20,000 bases of DNA from an uncultured virus (IMG/VR IMGVR_UViG_3300017724_000001) (taxonomy: Duplodnaviria; Heunggongvirae; Uroviricota; Caudoviricetes; Crassvirales), in IMG/VR virus record IMGVR_UViG_3300017724_000001. One strand, written 5' to 3'. A program made the translations under genes and the position numbers. Below, one piece after another: positions 14,411 through 20,000 of the stretch. The stretch's first letter is position 1, and each line of letters starts with the position of its first letter. The notes under the pieces were generated by a model, which was not told the DNA's origin, did no database searches, and saw only the letters and a list, made by a program, of their open reading frames with translations.

Positions 14411-17161
14411 ATGAGAGTATTAAATGCAATGCAAATGAAGAATGGGGCAAAAGCTGAAAGCGGGCCTACATTTTCTAGCTTAACACAACCGGTTCAGTTT
14501 TTACCTTATAAAAAAAAGGATGATGATTGGGCTGCATGGAATTTAGATTGGTTAGAACTTCAAGGCATTGAATTCCTACGTGTAAATTCTAGAAGGCTTT
14601 TAAAGAATTATAAGTTAGCTAAAGGTATAATTGATAAGACTGATTATATTGTTGAACCAGATAATGAATACAAAGATTTAATGGACGTTCTTACAGCTGA
14701 AAATGACTCAGCTTTAGAACTTAAATTTTATCCTATTGTACCTAATGTAATAAATGTATTAACAGGAGAATTTGCCAAAAGATATTCAAAGGTGCAGTTT
14801 AGAGCTGTAGATGATGCATCATACAATGAAATGCTTGAGCAAAAGAAAATTCAAATAGAAGAATCTTTATTGGCTGATGCAGAAGCAAACTTAGTACGTA
14901 AAATGATTGAGATGGGTGCTGACCCTGGATCAGAAGAAGCACAAAAGCAATTATCTCCAGAAGGTTTAAAATCATTACCAGAGATTGAAGACTTTTTTAG
15001 TAAGTCTTACAGAAGTATGGTAGAAGAATGGGCATCCCATCAACTTGCAGTAGATGAAGAAAGATTCAAAATGCAAGAACTTGAAGAAAGAGGTTTCCGT
15101 GATATGCTTATTGCAGATAGAGAATTTTGGCATTTTAGAATGTTAGAAGATGATTATGATGTAGAGCTTTGGAATCCTGTATTAACTTTCTATCAAAAAT
15201 CTCCTGATCAAAGATATATTGCAGATTCAAACTATGCAGGTAAAATTGATTTAATGACTGTATCAGATGTAGTAGATAGATATGGTTATTTAATGGATTC
15301 CAAACAATTAGAATCCCTACAAAAGATATATCCTGCTAGATCAGCACAATATCAAGTTAGTGGATATCAAAATGATGGTGCATATTATGATGCAACAAGA
15401 TCTCACGAATGGAATACCAATGCACCAGGATTAGGTTACAGACAATTTACATCTAACTATTGGAATGATCCCGCTAGAGGTGGTGATATACTTAGTGAAA
15501 TACTAGATGAGAATGAAGATGTATCTATGTGGGGTGAAGGTAACCTAATGAGAGTTGCTACAATATATTGGAAAACACAAAGAAAAGTTGGTCATCTTAC
15601 TAAAATTGAAGATGATGGTGAAGTTACTCAAGAGATTATAGATGAGACCTTTAAGATAACCAAAAAGGCCATATATGATACTTCTATATTTAAACAAAAG
15701 TCAAAAGATAACTTATTACAAGGTGAACATGTTGACTGGATTTGGATTAATGAAGTATGGGGTGGTGTAAAAATTGGACCAAACTTACCAGCTATGTGGC
15801 AATCTACTATGGGTGATAATATTAATCCTATTTATTTAGGTATTAATAGAACTAAGCCTGGAAGATTACCATTTCAGTTTAAAGGAGATACATCATTATA
15901 TGGGTGTAAATTACCTGTAGAAGGTAGAGTATTTTCTGATAGAAATACTAGATCTACTTCTTTAGTAGATTTAATGAAAGCATATCAAGTTGGATATAAT
16001 ATGGTTAATAACCAAATTGCTGACATTCTAATAGATGAATTAGGAACAGTAATAATGTTTGATCAAAATGCTTTACCACGTCACTCAATGGGTGAGGATT
16101 GGGGTAAGAACAACTATGCAAAAGCATACGTAGCAATGAAAGATTTTCAAATGCTACCTCTTGATACATCTATTACAAATACTGAGAATGCAACTAACTT
16201 CAATCATTACCAGACTCTAAATATGGAGCAAACTAATAGATTGATGTCTAGAATTCAACTTGCAAATTATTTTAAGCAACAATGTTTTGATGCAATAGGT
16301 ATTAACCCACAACGTTTAGGTGGAGCTGTCTCAGCTCAAACCGCAACAGGCGTTGTTCAGGCTATGCAACAATCATATGCACAAACAGAAATGTATTTTG
16401 TACAACACTCTGATCATTTGATGCCACGTATCCATCAAATGAGAACTGACTTAGCACAATATTATTATAGTACTAATCCAAGCGTTAGACTACAATACAT
16501 ATCTACAGAAGCTGAGAAAGTTAATTTCCAAATTAATGGTACGGATTTATTACTTAGAGACTTTAACGTATTTGCAACAACTAAGACTAATCATAGAGCT
16601 ATATTAGAAAACTTAAAGCAAATGGCATTAACTAATAATACTTCAGGAGCAAGTATTTATGAGTTAGGTAATATAGTTAAAGCAGACTCAATTGCAGAAG
16701 TATCAGATATACTTAAAGATTCTGAAATTAGAATCCAGAAGCAAAGACAAGAAGATATGCAGCAACAGCGTCAAATGCAAGAGCAGCAACTTCAAGCTAA
16801 GCAACAAGAAGAACAACAAAAACTTCAAGTTGAAATGTCTGAAAATGAAAAAGATAGACAGAATGATGTGTTACTAGCTGAAATTAGATCAGCCGGATAT
16901 GGGTCAATGGTTGATTTAAATCAAAATCAACAATCTGATTATCAAGATGCTATGAAGGATATAAGAGAATCTACACAGTATAGAGAGCAAATGAATTTTA
17001 AACGCCAAGAAAGTGCTGTTAAATCTGCACAAGAAAATAATAGATTGAGCGTTGAAAGAGAAAAAATTGCTGCATCTAAACAAATAGCTGATACTAAACT
17101 TCAAATTGCAAGAGAGAACAAAAATAAGTATGATGTCAAAAATGAGAAAGATAAAAAGTAG
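14411..17161 (+). CDS. Portal protein, crAss-like
   Basis: 916 aa, directly after TerL. It carries YPI.PN.INVL.GE..KR, WINEVW.G.KIG, SLVDLMK.YQ and GI.PQRLG, and a Q-rich coiled-coil C-terminus. Confidence 0.85.
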   Translation: MRVLNAMQMKNGAKAESGPTFSSLTQPVQFLPYKKKDDDWAAWNLDWLELQGIEFLRVNSRRLLKNYKLAKGIIDKTDYIVEPDNEYKDLMDVLTAENDSALELKFYPIVPNVINVLTGEFAKRYSKVQFRAVDDASYNEMLEQKKIQIEESLLADAEANLVRKMIEMGADPGSEEAQKQLSPEGLKSLPEIEDFFSKSYRSMVEEWASHQLAVDEERFKMQELEERGFRDMLIADREFWHFRMLEDDYDVELWNPVLTFYQKSPDQRYIADSNYAGKIDLMTVSDVVDRYGYLMDSKQLESLQKIYPARSAQYQVSGYQNDGAYYDATRSHEWNTNAPGLGYRQFTSNYWNDPARGGDILSEILDENEDVSMWGEGNLMRVATIYWKTQRKVGHLTKIEDDGEVTQEIIDETFKITKKAIYDTSIFKQKSKDNLLQGEHVDWIWINEVWGGVKIGPNLPAMWQSTMGDNINPIYLGINRTKPGRLPFQFKGDTSLYGCKLPVEGRVFSDRNTRSTSLVDLMKAYQVGYNMVNNQIADILIDELGTVIMFDQNALPRHSMGEDWGKNNYAKAYVAMKDFQMLPLDTSITNTENATNFNHYQTLNMEQTNRLMSRIQLANYFKQQCFDAIGINPQRLGGAVSAQTATGVVQAMQQSYAQTEMYFVQHSDHLMPRIHQMRTDLAQYYYSTNPSVRLQYISTEAEKVNFQINGTDLLLRDFNVFATTKTNHRAILENLKQMALTNNTSGASIYELGNIVKADSIAEVSDILKDSEIRIQKQRQEDMQQQRQMQEQQLQAKQQEEQQKLQVEMSENEKDRQNDVLLAEIRSAGYGSMVDLNQNQQSDYQDAMKDIRESTQYREQMNFKRQESAVKSAQENNRLSVEREKIAASKQIADTKLQIARENKNKYDVKNEKDKK

Positions 17162-17251
17162 CGTTAGCTATATACTGCAAAAAACTTTCACTTTTATTAA
17201 AATTTTTTAAGTTTAACTTGACAATTATATTAGAAACATTTCTTATATTAT
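17161..17251 (+). promoter_or_regulatory. Probable promoter region of the scaffold/capsid operon, containing the GCGTTAGCTATAT box
   Basis: Box at 17161-17173, TTGACA at 17218-17223 and TATATTAT at 17244-17251, all within a 129-nt intergenic gap. Confidence 0.5.
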
Positions 17252-17290
17252 ATATGTAAGAAGTTATTAATATTAAAACCAACAAATATT

Positions 17291-18607
17291 ATGAGTACAA
17301 CAACAGAAACACAGCCTGTGAAAAGTAACGTAGCACAAAATGTAGAAGTTAATTTAGATGAGATATTCAACGCTGCTCCAAGTGGTGCTGATATGATTCA
17401 AGATAATAAATCTCAACCTAAAAATATCTTCTCTGGCTTAACTGAAAAAGCTGATATGTCTTTTGCAGATCCTGATAATGACGATGCTACTGATGTATTA
17501 GCTAAGTCAGAAGAAAAAGAAGAGACTACGGAAGAAGTAAAAGATGAAGTAAGTGAAGTAGTTGAAGAAAAAACTGAAACCTCAACTGAAAGCGTTGAAG
17601 AAATCTTTGGTGAACTTGGGCAAGAAGAAACTGAAGAAGTAGAAACAAAAGAAAAAAGAGGAAGAAAAACTATATCAGGTATATCTGATGTATTTTCAAA
17701 ACTTATCAAAGATGATAAGATAGTTCCTTTTGATGATGATAAAGAACTAGAAGATTATACTGCAAAAGATTGGGAGGAGCTTATTCAAGCTAATTTAGAA
17801 GAAAAAGCTAATCAAGTTAGAAGAGAAACTCCAAAACAATTTTTTCAAAGTTTACCTCAAGAATTACAAATAGCTGCTAAATATGTAGCTGATGGTGGTA
17901 AAGATCTAAAAGGTTTATTTACAACACTTGGTCAAGTAGAAGAAACTAAAACTATTGATGTTAAAAGTGTTAGTGGTCAAGAAAGAATCATTAAAGAATA
18001 CTTAAGTGCTACTGGATATGGTACTGCTGAAGATATTCAAGAAGAAATAGAAATTTGGAAAGACTTAGGTAAGCTTGAAACACAAGCAAATAAGTTTAAG
18101 CCAAAATTAGATAAGATGCAAGAAAAAGTTGTTGCACAAAAACTTGAAGAGCAAGAGCTTAAAAAGAAACAACAAGAAAATGCATCTCAAGCATATATGA
18201 AAAATGTATATGAAACATTAAAAGAAGGTAAGTTAGGTGATATTAAAGTAGATAGAAAGACTCAAGCTATGTTATATAATGGTTTAGTTCAGCCTAATTA
18301 CCCATCAGTAAGTGGGCGTAATACTAATTTATTAGGACACCTACTTGAAAAATATCAATTTGTGGAACCTAATTATGCATTAATTTCTGAAGCCTTGTGG
18401 TTATTACAAGATCCAACAGGATATAAAGCAAAGATAATGGATAAGGGTGCACAAAAGAGTGTTGAGAAGACGGTTAGAAAATTAAAAAGTGAACAATCAA
18501 ATGTAGGTGGTGCATCATTAGGTGTAAACCAAGCTGAAAAAGAATCTACAAAGAGAAGCACTAAAAGAAAAATTCAAAGACCAACCAACATATTTAAACG
18601 AATTTAA
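17291..18607 (+). CDS. Acidic head-assembly or scaffold-like protein
   Basis: E-rich disordered N-terminal half and helical C-terminal half. It lies between the portal and the capsid gene, as in crAss-like phages. Confidence 0.7.
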   Translation: MSTTTETQPVKSNVAQNVEVNLDEIFNAAPSGADMIQDNKSQPKNIFSGLTEKADMSFADPDNDDATDVLAKSEEKEETTEEVKDEVSEVVEEKTETSTESVEEIFGELGQEETEEVETKEKRGRKTISGISDVFSKLIKDDKIVPFDDDKELEDYTAKDWEELIQANLEEKANQVRRETPKQFFQSLPQELQIAAKYVADGGKDLKGLFTTLGQVEETKTIDVKSVSGQERIIKEYLSATGYGTAEDIQEEIEIWKDLGKLETQANKFKPKLDKMQEKVVAQKLEEQELKKKQQENASQAYMKNVYETLKEGKLGDIKVDRKTQAMLYNGLVQPNYPSVSGRNTNLLGHLLEKYQFVEPNYALISEALWLLQDPTGYKAKIMDKGAQKSVEKTVRKLKSEQSNVGGASLGVNQAEKESTKRSTKRKIQRPTNIFKRI

Positions 18608-18668
18608 TTAAGTAAATTAAATATATAAACAGTAAATTAATTATTAACAACAAAAACAATCAAAAATT

Positions 18669-20000
18669 ATGGCAACTCCAGTTTTAAATAATGGGATTTT
18701 CCTACGTGATACAAGCTACAAAGCAAGTTCACATGTTGATTCTTATCACCTTACCCAAATGCTTGGTAATCCTGAGCCTATGGATATGGGACCAATTGAT
18801 CTTTGGGCTATGACCCAAAAGGTAGAAATGCCTTTGTATCAAATGGCTTCTTTTGGTGGAAAGAATACTATCATGGTGGATAATGCTAGAGGTGAGTACA
18901 AGTGGCAAACTCCTATTGCACAAGATCTTCCCTACATTGTAGCGGATATTGAACCAGGTAACGCAAACAAAGGTGTAGATGGTACAACATTTAAGATCAA
19001 AGTTAACAAAAGAACTTTTGGACATGGTGACATTATTACTTATGACAAGTATAATGGACTTGAACTTTACATCACAGCTGATGATATTATCCCAGCAGGT
19101 GACGGTTTTGTTTATACTGTTCAATTAGTTAACAACAACAACTCGGCTATCTTGGATAACAAGTATTTAGCTAAAGGTACTAAATTCTTCAGAAAAGGTT
19201 CTGCAAGAGGTGAGTACGGTGAAAGATTCTCTGATATTGAAACAGGTTCTGGTTTCCGTGAATTCTACAACTTTGTAGGAGGTGCAGAAGCTCACGTACA
19301 CTATTCAATTTCTTCAAGAGCAGACTTAATGATCAAAGGCGGATTAAACGCTGATGGTACAGTGCCTGTAACTGAAATCTGGAGAAACTTTAACACAGAC
19401 GCTAACAATCCATCTGTACCTAGTATTGAAGGATTAGTTGCAAACATGGGTAAAGCTGGTGCAAGAGAAGCATTTGAAAATGGAACTCTTACACGTACTT
19501 TCATTACAAATATGGAAGCTGCACATTTATCTAAAATTGCAACAGATATTGAAACTTACCTAATGTGGGGTAAAGGTGGTAGAATTAAGCAAGATGGACC
19601 AGATGATATTAGATTATCTGTAGGTTTATGGGCACAGTTAGATAACTCTTTCAAAAGAGTATATAACAAGTCTTCATTTACTCTTGACATGTTTAAGTCT
19701 GAGCTTTACAACTTCTACCAAGGTAAAGTTGAATTTAAAGGACCGGACCCACAAAGATCACTTGTTGTACAAACAGGTATTGGTGGTATGCAATTAATCA
19801 ACAAAGCAATTGCTGATGAAGTGTATGGTTCTGGTTTAGTTCAAAATGCATCTGACATAGGAGCTGTTAAAGGTTCTGGTATGGATTTAGATTATGGTTT
19901 TGCTTACACAAGCTTTACTATTCCTTTCTTAGCTAACGTTAAGTTTGTATTGAATCCAGCATTTGATAACTTAAATACAAATGACATTGAGAATCCATTA
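18669..20000 (+). CDS. Major capsid protein, crAss-like; runs off the window edge
   Basis: Open frame of 444 codons from ATG 18669 (MATPVLNNGIFLRDTSYKASSHVDSYHLTQMLG...EYKWQ...YLMWGKGG...GLWAQLD...VVQTGIGG). It shows high-expression codon bias (AAC, TTC, GGT, TAC) and follows the portal and scaffold genes. Confidence 0.85.
   Translation, partial: MATPVLNNGIFLRDTSYKASSHVDSYHLTQMLGNPEPMDMGPIDLWAMTQKVEMPLYQMASFGGKNTIMVDNARGEYKWQTPIAQDLPYIVADIEPGNANKGVDGTTFKIKVNKRTFGHGDIITYDKYNGLELYITADDIIPAGDGFVYTVQLVNNNNSAILDNKYLAKGTKFFRKGSARGEYGERFSDIETGSGFREFYNFVGGAEAHVHYSISSRADLMIKGGLNADGTVPVTEIWRNFNTDANNPSVPSIEGLVANMGKAGAREAFENGTLTRTFITNMEAAHLSKIATDIETYLMWGKGGRIKQDGPDDIRLSVGLWAQLDNSFKRVYNKSSFTLDMFKSELYNFYQGKVEFKGPDPQRSLVVQTGIGGMQLINKAIADEVYGSGLVQNASDIGAVKGSGMDLDYGFAYTSFTIPFLANVKFVLNPAFDNLNTNDIENPL

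Noticed and set aside
12210..17161. Introns or inteins in the terminase or portal
   Set aside because: Both are single continuous ORFs of plausible size, with no visible intein ends or homing-endonuclease motifs.
1004..19504. Shadow ORFs (1004-1309, 1053-1286, 2150-2341, 2782-3006, 6723-6992, 6944-7162, 6999-7196, 7156-7467, 11282-11506, 16692-16877, 16916-17104, 17413-17709, 18373-18561, 18729-19124, 19301-19504)
   Set aside because: They are antisense or out-of-frame overlaps of better-supported genes.
1..20000. Stop-codon reassignment (TAG or TGA), known in some crAss-like phages
   Set aside because: TerL, portal and capsid are uninterrupted under the standard code. TAG and TGA end genes exactly where the next one starts, and there is no suppressor tRNA in the window.

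Overview
AT-rich dsDNA phage segment with a crAss-like (Crassvirales-type) layout. A Bacteroidota host is inferred from the TAnnTTTG promoter motifs, A-rich translation starts without Shine-Dalgarno sites and a lipoprotein signal peptide. The left arm (1-5698, minus strand) holds a truncated SF2/SNF2-type helicase, three tRNAs (Arg-TCT, Leu-TAA, Ile2-like CAT), an HNH nuclease, an HTH protein, small membrane and lipoproteins, and two paralogous SSB-like proteins. The right arm (6216-20000, plus strand) holds small basic proteins, an amidase endolysin, an HU/IHF-like protein, a PD-(D/E)XK nuclease, GroES, the large terminase, the portal, an acidic scaffold-like protein and a truncated major capsid protein. 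The most unusual part is the strand-switch region (~4190-6200). It is about 1.5 kb of non-coding DNA densely packed with hairpins, and their G-T wobble pairs mostly favour the + strand. It also contains a repeated 16-nt box (ATAGTTTGGGAGCAGA) fused to a covarying 6-bp GAAA-loop hairpin, which could be a hairpin promoter for a virion RNA polymerase or part of a large ncRNA. A second motif, GCGTTAGCTATAT, marks two promoter regions with matching spacing. All protein calls come from motif recognition and gene order, not from database searches.
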